Positions 19,790 to 32,208 of a stretch of DNA of 64,000 nucleotides are shown here, in pieces (positions within the stretch are counted from its first letter, which is position 1; every line of letters begins with the position of its first letter). The notes under the pieces were generated by a model. That model saw only the letters and a list, made by a program, of their open reading frames with translations, had not been told where the DNA came from and made no database searches. The position numbers were made by a program, and so were the translations under genes. Source of the stretch: an uncultured Gaiellaceae bacterium (GTDB taxonomy: Bacteria > Actinomycetota > Thermoleophilia > Gaiellales > Gaiellaceae); assembly GCA_963735585.1 (NCBI GenBank), contig CAVTLI010000003.1:14874-78873 (forward strand). Direction: 5' to 3'.

Positions 19790-20894
19790 GTGAGCGAGCG
19801 CTGCGCCATCGTCGGTTCCGGCCTCGGTGGCTTCGTCGCTTACACGACGCTCCGCCACGCCGGGCTCGAGCCGCAGGAGATCGCCGTCTTCGGCGACGCC
19901 GGCGATCCCGCCGGGCCCTGGCGCGTGCGCGCCGCCGCGATCCGGCAACAGCGGATGCGCTCCGAGAGCGACGGACACTGCTATCCCTCGAGCTTCCCCG
20001 GCCTCGCTGCGCGGGAGGCGGCGCGGCGGTGGTCGGCCGTCCCGCTGCTGCAGAGCGTCTGCGACCGCTACCGGCCGACCGTCGGCGAGTTCCTCCGGCA
20101 CGTGGACGAGCTGCGTGAGCGCAGCGGCTGGGACGCGAGCCTTCGTCCCGGTCGAGTCGAGCGTGTGCGCGCCGCCGACGGCGGGTTCGAGCTCGACGGG
20201 CACGGCACATTCGGCCACGTCCTGCTCGCGCCGGGACACCCGGGCCTCGCAGCTGCCGCCGGAGCTCGAGCGCGACCCGCGCGTCGTCCACGCCTACGAG
20301 CCGCACGAGTACGGGGCGCGCGTCGCCGTCGTCGGTGCCGGAATGGCCGCGGCGACCGAGTGGCTGAACGCCCTCGCGGCCGGCTCCGAGGTCGTGTCGG
20401 TGCGCCGTCGCGAGCCGGCGCGACGACCCCTGAACGTGGAGCGGCCGCTCTTCTCCAAGCGCGGGCTCGCTGCCTTCCGAACGGCGCCACGCGACCGGCG
20501 GGCCGAGCTGCTGCGCTCCTTCGGCGCGCCCTCCTACCCGCCGGGACGCAGCTGGGACGAGCCCGTCGAGCAGGCTGCGCGCGACGGCCGCTTCCGGGTC
20601 GAGCCTGAGCTCAACGGCGCCGACCAGGTGATCTGCGCGACCGGCTTCAGGCGCGGGTTCGCCCACGATCCGCTCCTGCGCCGGCTCGTGGAGGAGCACG
20701 GGCTCGAGACCGAGGAGCGCTGGATCGTGCTCGCGGACGACTCCACCGTGCCGGCGCTGACCGACGCGGGGCGGACACTCGCTCTCGCGGGCGTGCCCGC
20801 GCAGTGGGCCTACCCCGCGGCTGACACGCTCGTCGGGATGAAGTTCGCGGCGCGCCGCTTCGCCGCAAAGGTGGCGGAATGTCGTACACGCTGA
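19790..20894 (+). pseudogene. FAD/NAD(P)-binding oxidoreductase with two Rossmann motifs, interrupted by an apparent frameshift near 20246-20250
   Basis: N-terminal half is in track ORF 19790..20608 (CAIVGSGLGGF...LLAPGHPGL). The sensible continuation ([35 protein letters not shown]...) is in track ORF 19827..20894, which is the +1 frame. Confidence 0.7.
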
Positions 20895-22048
20895 GAGGGC
20901 GGATCGAGACGCGGCTCGCCGTGTCGATCGTGCCCTTCCTCGTCGCTGCTGCGCTCGCGGTCGCACTGGGGGAATGGTGGCCGCTCTACCTCGCCGCCGC
21001 GATGATCGGCGTCGGCCTCGCACTCGACGCGATCCTCTATCACCGGTTGCTCCCCTACCAGCCGGGCTGGGCCGCGCTCCCCCTGGGCCTCGCCGAGCTG
21101 GGCCTGACGATGGCGCTGGTGTGGAGGCTCGAGGTCGCAGCGCCGCTCGGCCCCGCGCTCTGGTTCTTCGCGGGCTCCTGGCTGCTCGCGCAGGTCTTGG
21201 GCCACGCCGTCCTGCCGATCGTGCACCTGACCTACGGCGACGACGGCGGCGAGCTCGGCCGCGGCGGGTACGCGCTCTCGGCGGCCGCGCCGGCGGCGCT
21301 TCTGGCCGTCCTCGGCATTGCCTGGGCGGCGGAACCGCCCGTCGTCCACCTCGGCGGCGGCACGATCGCAGGCCCGCTCGTCCTCGACAGCCCGCAGGTC
21401 GTGGAGGGCGGCGGCGCGGTCGTCCGCGGTGGCATCCTGATCCGCTCCGACGACGTGACGGTGCGCGACGTGACCGTGTTCGGCGGGGAGATCGGGATCG
21501 AAATACGCGACAGCGAGGACGTGGTGCTCGAGCGGGTGCGCGTGGCCGGAGCGGCCCTGGACGGGATCAACGCGCGGCGCAGCTCGCTCGTCGTCCGCGA
21601 CTGCGAGATCGACTCGCCCGGCGTCGCGGGGGCGCAGGGGATCGACATCTCCTTCGCAATGACCTTGCCGCCGAGCCGCGTCGAGCGCTGTCTCGTGCGC
21701 GGGGGCAGCGAGGGCATCGTCTCCCACCTCGCCAACGTCGACTTCCGCGAGAACCGCGTGTCGGGAACAGCGCTGCGCGGGATCGCGGTGACGGAGATGT
21801 CGATGGGCTCGGTCGACCGCAACGTCGTCGAGGACGCGACCGGCGTCGGGATCTTCTGCGGCGACTGGTCGCACTGCTCGATCAGCGAGAACAGCGTCAC
21901 CGGCACGCGCGCGGACGCCTCGGGCAACCCAACCCGTGCCGGCCACGGGATCGTCTCGCATTACTACGCCGTCGCCGAGCTGGACGACAACCAACTCGAT
22001 CGCGCGGCCGGGGCCTTCATCCATGGGCGTTTCGACGACCTCGAGTGA
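20879..22048 (+). CDS. integral-membrane protein with a C-terminal right-handed parallel beta-helix (PbH1/NosD-like) repeat domain
   Basis: Track ORF 389 aa. About 5 N-terminal TM segments, then repeats VTVRDVTVFGGEIGIEIRDSEDVVLERVRV, GINARRSSLVVRDCEI, GIVSHLANVDFRENRV, GIAVTEMSMGSVDRNVV. Confidence 0.75.
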   Translation: MSYTLRGRIETRLAVSIVPFLVAAALAVALGEWWPLYLAAAMIGVGLALDAILYHRLLPYQPGWAALPLGLAELGLTMALVWRLEVAAPLGPALWFFAGSWLLAQVLGHAVLPIVHLTYGDDGGELGRGGYALSAAAPAALLAVLGIAWAAEPPVVHLGGGTIAGPLVLDSPQVVEGGGAVVRGGILIRSDDVTVRDVTVFGGEIGIEIRDSEDVVLERVRVAGAALDGINARRSSLVVRDCEIDSPGVAGAQGIDISFAMTLPPSRVERCLVRGGSEGIVSHLANVDFRENRVSGTALRGIAVTEMSMGSVDRNVVEDATGVGIFCGDWSHCSISENSVTGTRADASGNPTRAGHGIVSHYYAVAELDDNQLDRAAGAFIHGRFDDLE

Positions 22049-22913
22049 CCTCCGGCGCCGCAGCGTCGAGATCATTCGCGCCGGGCAATCCCCGGACGGG
22101 GGCTACGTCGCCTCGCCGAACTTTCCGCCGTACGCGTTCTCGTGGCTTCGCGACGGGTCGTTCATCGCGGACGCGATGAGCCGCGTCGGGGAGATCGAGA
22201 GCGCAGAAGCGTTCTTCGACTGGGTCGGCCGGATCGTCGGGGCCGGCCTCGGCTTCGAGGCGCGGTACACGCTCGACGGGCGGCGCGACCCGACCGAATG
22301 GCCGCACCGCCAGCACGACGGCTGGGGCCTCTGGCTCTGGGCCGTGCGCACACACTGCGAGCGGCACGGGCGGCCACACCGCTGGCGTGACGCGGCGGCG
22401 CGCTCCGCTCTGCACCTCGAGACGGTGCGTGAGCAACCATGCGTGGACTGGTGGGAGGAGCGCGCAGGCGTGCATGCGGCCACGCTCGCCTGCATCGCCG
22501 CCGGGCTCGGCGACGAGCTCGACCTCTCCGTGGCGGAGAAGCGGCTCGATGCATCGCTCCTCGTGCTCCCCTTTCTCGGCTTCGCGCCCGTCGACGTCTC
22601 GCCCCTCGTCAGCCCGGGCGGCGGCGTCCATCGCCATCTCGAGGACACGTTCTACGGCGGCGGCGAGTGGCTGCTCCTGACCGCCATGCTCGGCCTGGCC
22701 GAACCGGCGCGCGCACGCGAGTGCCTCGACTGGATCGAGGCCCACGCGACACCAGACGGCGAGTTGCCCGAGCAGTCGCAGGATCACCTGCTCGCACCGG
22801 CCATGTTCGAGCACTGGGTGGAGAAGTGGGGCCCGCCGCCGTCGCCCCTTCTCTGGGCGCACGCGATGTATCTCACACTCGCACACGAGCTCGAGCGCAC
22901 GGACGACGCCTGA
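22023..22913 (+). CDS. glycoside hydrolase family 15-like protein, (alpha/alpha)6 catalytic domain only
   Basis: ATG 22023 within track ORF 21936..22913. YAFSWLRDGSF, DGWGLWLWA, DWWEERAGVHAATLA, GGGEWLLLTAML, GELPEQ. Confidence 0.8.
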   Translation: MGVSTTSSDLRRRSVEIIRAGQSPDGGYVASPNFPPYAFSWLRDGSFIADAMSRVGEIESAEAFFDWVGRIVGAGLGFEARYTLDGRRDPTEWPHRQHDGWGLWLWAVRTHCERHGRPHRWRDAAARSALHLETVREQPCVDWWEERAGVHAATLACIAAGLGDELDLSVAEKRLDASLLVLPFLGFAPVDVSPLVSPGGGVHRHLEDTFYGGGEWLLLTAMLGLAEPARARECLDWIEAHATPDGELPEQSQDHLLAPAMFEHWVEKWGPPPSPLLWAHAMYLTLAHELERTDDA

Positions 22914-22914
22914 G

Positions 22915-24156
22915 ATGCAGCTGCGCGCGCGCACCGGCAACCCCGACTTCCTCGACCTTCCGTGGGACACGCCGCTCGAGGACTGGGAGAGCGACCGGCT
23001 GGTCGAGGTCGTCCGCGGCATCCACCGGAATGTCGTTCGCTTCGTCGAGTACGAGGGCGCGCGCGGGCCGCGACTCTACGCGCTGAAGGAGCTGCCCGGC
23101 ACGCTCGCGCAGCACGAATACAGGCTACTCCGCCATCTCGCGGAGGAGGAGGTGCCGGTCGTCGACGCGGTCGGGGTCGCCACCGACCGCGGCCCCGACC
23201 TCGCCCCCGTCCTGATCACGCGCCACCTCGACTACTCGCTCCCCTTCCGGACGCTGTTTGCTCGCGGCGGGATGCCCGACCTCCGTGTGCGCCTCCTCGA
23301 CTCAGGCGCTGAGCTCCTCGTCCGGCTGCATCTGAGCGGGTTCTTCTGGGGCGACTGCTCGCTCTCGAACACCCTCTTCCGCCGCGACGCCGGGGCGCTC
23401 GCCGCGTATCTCGTGGACGCCGAGACGGGCGCGCTCTACCCGAGCCTCTCCGACGGGCAGCGGCTGCACGACCTGTCGATCGCCGAGGAGAACGTCGTCG
23501 GCGAGCTCATCGACTTGGAGGCCGAGCTCGGCCGGGAGGGCGAGCTGGCACCGGAGGAGACGGCGACGGAGCTGCTCGACCGGTACGAGTCGCTCTGGGA
23601 CGAGCTGACGCGGGAGGAGGCCTTCGGCGACGACTCCCGCTACCGGATCGACGAGCGCCTGCACCGGCTGAACGACCTCGGCTTCGACGTCGAGGAGGTC
23701 GAGCTCGTCGCCGACGACGGCGGCTACCGCCTCCGGCTGAGCCCCCACGTCGTCGAGCCCGGTCACCACCGTCGGCGCCTGCTCTCGCTCACCGGCCTGC
23801 AGGCGCAGGAGAACCAGGCGCGCCGGCTGCTGAACGACATCGCGCGCTTCCGCGCCGAGCTGGAGCGCGAGGGTGGCCGGCCGCTGCCCGAGTCGGTCGC
23901 CGTGTACCGCTGGCTGGCTGAGGTCTTCGAGCCGGCGATCGCCGCGATCCCGCTCGAGCTCTGGGGGAAGCGCCAGGCGGCCGAGGTCTTCCACGAGCTG
24001 CTCGAGCACCGGTGGTTCCTCTCCCAGCAGCGCGGCGAGGACGTCGGTCTCCTGCCTGCGGTGGACGCGTACGTCCAGGACGTCCTCCGCCACGCCCCGG
24101 ACGAGCGAGCGGTGCTCGCCCCGGACGGCGACGAGGCGGAGGACGAGGACGCCTAG
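22915..24156 (+). CDS. kinase-fold (Kdo/WaaP/RIO-like) protein with a conserved C-terminal domain (DUF4032-like)
   Basis: Track ORF 413 aa. LYALKELP...EYRLLRHL, catalytic-loop-like [12 protein letters not shown] and LVDAETG. The C-terminal half [17 protein letters not shown] resembles the DUF4032 family from memory. Confidence 0.7.
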   Translation: MQLRARTGNPDFLDLPWDTPLEDWESDRLVEVVRGIHRNVVRFVEYEGARGPRLYALKELPGTLAQHEYRLLRHLAEEEVPVVDAVGVATDRGPDLAPVLITRHLDYSLPFRTLFARGGMPDLRVRLLDSGAELLVRLHLSGFFWGDCSLSNTLFRRDAGALAAYLVDAETGALYPSLSDGQRLHDLSIAEENVVGELIDLEAELGREGELAPEETATELLDRYESLWDELTREEAFGDDSRYRIDERLHRLNDLGFDVEEVELVADDGGYRLRLSPHVVEPGHHRRRLLSLTGLQAQENQARRLLNDIARFRAELEREGGRPLPESVAVYRWLAEVFEPAIAAIPLELWGKRQAAEVFHELLEHRWFLSQQRGEDVGLLPAVDAYVQDVLRHAPDERAVLAPDGDEAEDEDA

Positions 24157-24608
24157 GAGAGGTCGATTTTGTCGATCGTGATGTCGGTGCGTGGCGCGTC
24201 GCGGCCGTCGCGCTCGGCGAGCGAGATCCGGTCGACCACGTCCTGGCCGGCCGTGACCTTGCCGAACACCGTGTGCTTGCCGTCGAGCCAGGGGCACGCC
24301 TCGGCGGTGACGATGAAGAACTGGCTCCCGTTCGTCCCCGGGCCCGAGTTCGCCATCGCGAGGGCGCCCTTCTCGACCTTGTGCTCGTTGAACTCGTCCT
24401 CGAACTGGTAGCCGGGGCCGCCGGAGCCTGTGCCCTCGGGGCAGCCGCCCTGGATCATGAAGTCCGGGATCACCCGGTGGAACTTGAGCCCGTCGTAGAA
24501 GCCTTCGCCGGCGAGCTTCGTGAAGTTCTCGACCGTCTTCGGCGCCTCGTCCGGGAAGAGCTCGAGCTCGACGGGTCCTTCGCTGGTGTGGAGCGTCGCT
24601 GATTTCAT
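24153..24608 (-). CDS. ppiA: peptidyl-prolyl cis-trans isomerase, cyclophilin type
   Basis: Internal ATG 24608 of track ORF 24153..24647. [35 protein letters not shown]. Confidence 0.9.
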   Translation of the reverse strand: MKSATLHTSEGPVELELFPDEAPKTVENFTKLAGEGFYDGLKFHRVIPDFMIQGGCPEGTGSGGPGYQFEDEFNEHKVEKGALAMANSGPGTNGSQFFIVTAEACPWLDGKHTVFGKVTAGQDVVDRISLAERDGRDAPRTDITIDKIDLS

Positions 24609-24694
24609 GACGGGCACCGTAACGGAGAGGCGCGCACGCGCGAACACCTCCGGCGCTTAACGCCTGGCTAACAGAACACCTCGGCTGCCCGTCC

Positions 24695-24700
24695 TATATT
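24695..24700 (+). promoter_or_regulatory. candidate -10 box TATATT, 6 nt upstream of ATG 24707 (possible leaderless transcript for the FtsH-like gene)
   Basis: Read directly. It is the only AT-rich hexamer in the 98-nt intergenic region. No convincing -35 or SD sequence seen. Confidence 0.3.
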
Positions 24701-24706
24701 CCTGCA

Positions 24707-27063
<2,357 letters not shown>

Positions 27064-27079
<16 letters not shown>

Positions 27080-27924
27080 CCCTCCGGGCCGGCCCTGAGG
27101 CGCTGCCGGCCACGCCGACGCCGACGCTCGTCGAACCGGCACGGAACCGGAGCGAGCGCGCCCGGCGCAGCTCCTACCGGCTCCGCTTCGCGGTCGTCTA
27201 CGGGCTCCTCGCCGCTGCGCTCGGTCTCGCCATCGGTGTCTTCGCCGTGCTGACGACGCAGTCCGAGCCGGCCGAGCCGGTCGCCTGGTCCTCGTGGCGG
27301 CCGGACGGACGCGAGAACCAGTATCCGGACGCGATCGCCGAGCATGTCGCGCCCGCCTACCGGCTCGCGAGCGGCAGGCAGCTCGTGGGTGTCCTGGCGG
27401 GGCCGGCGGAGGTACGCGACCTGCCGATTCGCGCGGCGCTGATCCAGCACGCCTCCTCGAACCCCACGCGCGACGACGACGTGGAGGTGGTCGAGATCGG
27501 CTCCAGCGTGATGTACACCTTCTGCGGCGTCGGCGACAACTGCTCGATCGCGGAGGGCGAGTCGTCGCCCGAGCGCTTCCAGCTGCTGCGGCGCGAGGCG
27601 CTCGAGCTCGCGCTCTACACGTTCACCTACGTCGACGGGATCGACTCGGTGATCGCGCTCCTGCCCGTCGATCTCGGCGACCCGGCCACCGAGGAGGACG
27701 ACAGCGCGTCCGCGGTCTTCCTGCAGAAGGAGGACTTCTCGGCGGCGCTCGACCGGCCGCTCGGCGAGACGCTCAGCGGGGAGCCTCCGGTCGCCGGCAG
27801 CCTGCTCGCGCCGGACGAGAGCGCGCTCGTCGACCGGCTCACGAGCCGACGCCATTACCTCTACGACCTCGAGCCGACCCAGGACCTCGGCGCCATCCTC
27901 CGCCTCCAGCCGCTCGAGCGGTGA
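27064..27924 (+). CDS. single-pass membrane protein of unknown function
   Basis: Track ORF 286 aa. The start overlaps the FtsH-like 3' end by 16 nt. One TM (FAVVYGLLAAALGLAIGVFAVL). Normal codon and amino-acid usage. Family not recognised. Confidence 0.6.
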
Positions 27925-28259
27925 GACCAGGGCAGCGGGAGGGACTGCGGCGCGCAAAGGCGCGCCTCGACCGGCTCGACCTCTACCCCCGGCCGGTACG
28001 GCTCGACGGCGTGCGCGTGCTCGTGACGCCGTGGCTCTTTCGCCTCCCGCGCCTGCGCCGCTACTCGGGCTATGCGCTCGTGCGGACGATCCTGCTCCGG
28101 CGCGCCGACAGCTCCGACGACCTGCTCACGCACGAGCTCTGCCACGTCTGGCAGATGCAGCACCGGCCGCTGCGCGTGCCGCTCGCCTACCTGACCACGC
28201 CGTACGCGCGGAACCCGTACGAGCTCGAAGCGCGCCGCGCCGTCGCAGCGACGCGTTAG
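27921..28259 (+). CDS. small HExxH protein (DUF4157-like putative zinc metallopeptidase domain)
   Basis: GTG 27921 overlaps the upstream stop (GTGA). Tail of track ORF 27294..28259: ...YALVRTILLRRADSSDDLLTHELCHVWQMQH... Confidence 0.6.
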   Translation: MRPGQREGLRRAKARLDRLDLYPRPVRLDGVRVLVTPWLFRLPRLRRYSGYALVRTILLRRADSSDDLLTHELCHVWQMQHRPLRVPLAYLTTPYARNPYELEARRAVAATR

Positions 28260-28268
28260 CGTCTGCGC

Positions 28269-29006
28269 GTGGAGCGAGCGGCTCTCGTCACGGGTGCGGC
28301 CAGCGGAATCGGTCGCGCGATCGCAGCGCGGCTCGAGCGCGACGGCTGGCGTGTGCTCGCAGTCGACCTGAATCCAGGCGCGGACGGGCCGGGAGAGCCG
28401 CTCGCGGCCGACCTCGCCACGCGAGCGGGGAACCGTGACGCGGTCGCTGCCGCCCTCGAGCGCTTCGGCCGGCTCGACGCCGTGGTCGCGAACGCCGGCT
28501 TCCAGCACGTGGCTCCGATCGAGGAGTTCCCCGACGAGCGCTGGGACGCATTGCTTGCCGTGCTCCTGACAAGCCCCTTCCTCCTCGCGCGCCACGCCTG
28601 GGAGGCGCTCGGAGCGAGCGGCGACGGCCGCTTTCTCGCCGTCGCCTCGGTGCACGGGCTCGTCGGCTCGCCCTACAAGGCCGGCTATGTGGCTGCGAAG
28701 CACGGGTTGCTCGGGCTCGTCAAGGTGCTCGCGCTCGAGGGGGCCGAGCGCGGGATCTCGGTCTCGGCGCTCTGTCCCGCCTACGTGCGCACACCGATCA
28801 TCGAGGCGCAGATCGAGGCGCAGGCCCGCGCGACCGGGGTCCCGGCCGAGCGGGTGCTCGACGAGGTGCTGCTGGCGCCGCAGGCGGTGAAGCGGCTGCT
28901 CGAGCCCGAGGAGGTGGCCGAGACGGCGGCCTTCCTGCTCGGCCCGGGCGGCCGCGCGATCACGGGCGCGCCGGTCGTGATGGACCTGGGCTGGACTGCA
29001 CGCTAG
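28269..29006 (+). CDS. SDR-family oxidoreductase (3-hydroxybutyrate dehydrogenase-like)
   Basis: Track ORF 245 aa. [32 protein letters not shown]. Confidence 0.9.
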   Translation: MERAALVTGAASGIGRAIAARLERDGWRVLAVDLNPGADGPGEPLAADLATRAGNRDAVAAALERFGRLDAVVANAGFQHVAPIEEFPDERWDALLAVLLTSPFLLARHAWEALGASGDGRFLAVASVHGLVGSPYKAGYVAAKHGLLGLVKVLALEGAERGISVSALCPAYVRTPIIEAQIEAQARATGVPAERVLDEVLLAPQAVKRLLEPEEVAETAAFLLGPGGRAITGAPVVMDLGWTAR

Positions 29007-29175
29007 GCCCAGAGAACGATGCGGTCTCCTAGCGATTCCTGGCGCGCCGCTCGCGGTACGTAGGCCGGTGGAACGGTGCTGGAGCACGGGCTGCCGGCTG
29101 CAGTGCCGCGAGCGGGGCGAGGCGGCGCCGGAGCTCCGGCTCGGCCGGAGCGCAGGCGGCGCCGGCCAGGGAACA

Positions 29176-30072
29176 CTAAGTGCGCTCGAGCTCGTCCCGG
29201 TGGACTGCTGCGATGAGGCCCTCGACGAGATCCTCGGGCACGACGGCGTCGCGGCGGCGGATCGCCACGATCGGGCGGCGCACGGGCTCGTAGCCTTCGA
29301 TCCCGACTTCGCAGAGCGCTCCGGCCGCGAGCTCGCCGCGAATCGCCGTGTAGGGGAGGAAGGCGATCCCGAGCCCGTGCTCGACCATCTTCTTGGTCGC
29401 GTCCACGTTGTCCAACTCCATCACCCCGCGCGGCACGACCCCGGCCTCCCGGAAGAACGCACTCGTCAGCACGAAGTAGCTCGACGTGCGGTCGAAGAGG
29501 ATCAGCCGCTCGCCGGCGAGCTCGCGGACGGCGATCGACGGCTCCTGCGCGAAGCGATGCCCGGGGTGGACGACGAGCACGATCTCGTCCTCGTACAGCG
29601 GCCGGCTCGTGGTTGCGGGATGGGGCAGCTCCCGCACGAGCCCCACGTGCGCCTGCTCGCGCAGCACCATCTCCAGGATCTCCTCCGAGTGGCCCGTGCG
29701 GACGATCAGATGCACCTGCGGAAACGCCTCCTGGAAGCGCCGCAGCACGAGCGGCAGCACGTAGGTCGAGATCGCCGGGGCGGCGCCGACGAGCAGCTCA
29801 CCGACGCGTCCCTCGTGGAGCTCCCGCAGCAGCTGCCGGCCCTCCGCCAGCGACTGGACCGCCCGCTGGGCGTGCGAGCGGAAGGCGCGTCCCTCGGCCG
29901 TCAACCGCATCCCGCGCGGCGTGCGCACGAAGAGCTTCACCCCGAGCTCGCGCTCGAGATTCTTGATCCGCGTCGTCAACGCGGGCTGCGTGACGTAGAG
30001 CACACCCGCCGCCTCGCTCACCGAGCGCCGCTCCGCGATCGTGAGGAAGGCCTCGATCTGGGTCAGCAGCAC
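29176..30072 (-). CDS. LysR-family transcriptional regulator
   Basis: Track ORF 298 aa. [47 protein letters not shown]. Divergent from aceA. Confidence 0.9.
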   Translation of the reverse strand: MLLTQIEAFLTIAERRSVSEAAGVLYVTQPALTTRIKNLERELGVKLFVRTPRGMRLTAEGRAFRSHAQRAVQSLAEGRQLLRELHEGRVGELLVGAAPAISTYVLPLVLRRFQEAFPQVHLIVRTGHSEEILEMVLREQAHVGLVRELPHPATTSRPLYEDEIVLVVHPGHRFAQEPSIAVRELAGERLILFDRTSSYFVLTSAFFREAGVVPRGVMELDNVDATKKMVEHGLGIAFLPYTAIRGELAAGALCEVGIEGYEPVRRPIVAIRRRDAVVPEDLVEGLIAAVHRDELERT

Positions 30073-30110
30073 ATTTCGATATTAACGCGATCTATGGCAA
30101 GAATCGAGAG

Positions 30111-30126
30111 ATTCAATTTGTCGAAT
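30111..30126. promoter_or_regulatory. candidate LysR-type box ATTCAATTTGTCGAAT (ATTC-N8-GAAT dyad containing T-N11-A)
   Basis: Read directly in the unusually AT-rich 99-nt LysR/aceA intergenic region. Confidence 0.35.
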
Positions 30127-30160
30127 GGGAGATTGACGGGAACAGTGGGGTATCCGAGCA

Positions 30161-30166
30161 AGGAGG
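30161..30166 (+). promoter_or_regulatory. Shine-Dalgarno AGGAGG for aceA
   Basis: AGGAGG lies 5 nt upstream of GTG 30172. Confidence 0.7.
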
Positions 30167-30171
30167 AGCCC

Positions 30172-31470
30172 GTGAACGCCACTGCTGCCAAGGAAGCGAT
30201 CGACCTCGCCCACGACTGGGCCGAGACGACGCGCTGGGGCGGGATCGAGCGCGACTACACCGCGGAGGACGTCGTGCGCCTGCGCGGCTCCGTGCGGCTC
30301 GAGCACACGCTCGCCCAGCGGGGCGCCGAGCAGCTCTGGCGACTGCTGCACGAAGAGGATTACGTCGCGGCCCTCGGCGCGCTGACCGGCGGGCAGGCCG
30401 TGCAGATGGTGAAGGCGGGCTTGAAGGCGATCTACCTCTCGGGCTGGCAGGTCGCCGCGGACGGCAACCTCGCCGCGCAGGTCTATCCCGACCAGAGCCT
30501 GTATCCGGCGAACAGCGTGCCGGCGATGGTGAAGCGCCTGAACAACGCGCTCCTGCGGGCCGATCAGATCGACTGGGCAGAGGGCTCGAGCGAGACCGAG
30601 TGGCTCGTGCCGATCGTCGCGGACGCGGAGGCGGGCTTCGGCGGCCCGCTCAACGCGTTCGAGTTGATGAAGGGGATGATCGAGTCCGGCGCGGCGGCGG
30701 TGCACTACGAGGACCAGCTGGCGGCCGAGAAGAAGTGCGGCCACCTCGGGGGCAAGGTGCTCGTCCCAACCGGCCAGTTCGTCCGGACGCTGCTCTCGGC
30801 GCGGCTGGCGGCCGACGTGCTGGGAACGCCGACCCTCGTGGTCGCCCGGACCGACGCGGACGCGGCGACCCTGCTGACGAGCGACGTGGACGAGCGCGAC
30901 CAGCCCTTCCTCACCGGCGAGCGCACGCCGGAGGGCTTCTTCTGCGTGCGGGCGGGAATCGAGGCGGCGATCGCGCGCGGGCTCGCCTATGCGCCGTACG
31001 CCGACCTCGTCTGGATGGAGACCTCGAAGCCCGATCTCGGCGAGGCGCGCGAGTTCGCCGCGGCCATCCACGAACGGTTCCCGGGCAAGCTGCTCGCGTA
31101 CAACTGCTCGCCGTCCTTCAACTGGAAGCGCCACCTGGACGACGCTACGATCGCGGGCTTCCAGCAGGAGCTCGGCGCGCTCGGCTACAAGTTCCAGTTC
31201 ATCACCCTGGCCGGCTTCCACGCGCTCAACGAGTCGATGTTCGAGCTGGCTCGCGGCTACGCGGCGAAGGGGATGTCCGCCTACGTGGAGCTGCAGCAGC
31301 GCGAGTTCGCGCTCGAGGAGTCGGGCTACACCGCGACGCGCCACCAGCGCGAGGTCGGCGCCGGCTACTTCGACCAGGTCGCCCAGGCGGTCTCGGGCGG
31401 GCAGAGCTCGACGCTGGCGCTGAAGGGCTCGACGGAGGAAGCGCAGTTCGAGCCGAACGGCGCCGCCTGA
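30172..31470 (+). CDS. aceA: isocitrate lyase
   Basis: GTG 30172 is in frame with track ORF 29068..31470. [59 protein letters not shown] (KKCGH signature), YNCSPSFNW. Confidence 0.9.
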   Translation: MNATAAKEAIDLAHDWAETTRWGGIERDYTAEDVVRLRGSVRLEHTLAQRGAEQLWRLLHEEDYVAALGALTGGQAVQMVKAGLKAIYLSGWQVAADGNLAAQVYPDQSLYPANSVPAMVKRLNNALLRADQIDWAEGSSETEWLVPIVADAEAGFGGPLNAFELMKGMIESGAAAVHYEDQLAAEKKCGHLGGKVLVPTGQFVRTLLSARLAADVLGTPTLVVARTDADAATLLTSDVDERDQPFLTGERTPEGFFCVRAGIEAAIARGLAYAPYADLVWMETSKPDLGEAREFAAAIHERFPGKLLAYNCSPSFNWKRHLDDATIAGFQQELGALGYKFQFITLAGFHALNESMFELARGYAAKGMSAYVELQQREFALEESGYTATRHQREVGAGYFDQVAQAVSGGQSSTLALKGSTEEAQFEPNGAA

Positions 31471-31473
31471 CGG

Positions 31474-32208
31474 TCACGCCTTGAGAGCGCGATAGGCGCT
31501 CGTGCTGTACGGCAGCACGAGACCGTCCGACCGGGCAGCCTCGTCGTAGAAACGACCGACGGCGGCAAGCGTCTCCGCACGCTCGCCGGGCGGCAGCGTC
31601 GCGACGGACGACTGGGTCCCGACACCGTCCACGAGCTCGTCGCGTGCGAAGCGCCGCTCGAAGCTGAAGCTCGCCTCCTCGAGCGGGCCGAAGAGGTCGC
31701 TGTCGAGGAGCGGCTTGGTCGGCTCGCCCGGGCCGCCGAAGGGCGGCAGGAGCGCGTAGAGCCGTTCGACCAGCGGGCTCGTCTCGTCGAACAGATTCCA
31801 GATCAGCCCGATGCTGCCGCCGGGGGCGAGCACTCGAGCGATCTCGGGCAGCGCCCTGGTCGCGTCGAACCAGTGGAACGCCTGACCTGCGACCACGCGT
31901 TCGACCCGGTGCCGCAGGAGCGGGATCTGCTCGGCGCTGCCTTCGAGCGCCTCGACGTCGGGCAACACCCGCCGGAGCTGCGCGAGCATCTCCGGAGACG
32001 GCTCGACGGCGATCACGTCATGCCCGAGAGCGACGAGGGAGCGGGTGAGCTTCCCGGTTCCGGCTCCGAGATCGAGCACGCGCAGGCGCTCGTCCCCCAC
32101 GAGCCAGCGCACCGCATCCTCCGGATAGGAGGCTCTCGTGCGTTCGTATGCCTCCGCGTTTGCCCCGAACGAGCGAGCGCGCGCCGCCCACTCCTCGTCG
32201 TGCGTCAG
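31474..32208 (-). CDS. class I SAM-dependent methyltransferase (start codon uncertain)
   Basis: Tail of track ORF 31474..33699. SFGANAEAYERTRASYP...RVLDLGAGTGKLT...VVAGQAFHWF...LAPGGSIGLIWN. There is no ATG/GTG/TTG before the conserved N-terminus. CTG 32208 overlaps the upstream TGA. Confidence 0.8.
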   Translation of the reverse strand: MTHDEEWAARARSFGANAEAYERTRASYPEDAVRWLVGDERLRVLDLGAGTGKLTRSLVALGHDVIAVEPSPEMLAQLRRVLPDVEALEGSAEQIPLLRHRVERVVAGQAFHWFDATRALPEIARVLAPGGSIGLIWNLFDETSPLVERLYALLPPFGGPGEPTKPLLDSDLFGPLEEASFSFERRFARDELVDGVGTQSSVATLPPGERAETLAAVGRFYDEAARSDGLVLPYSTSAYRALKA

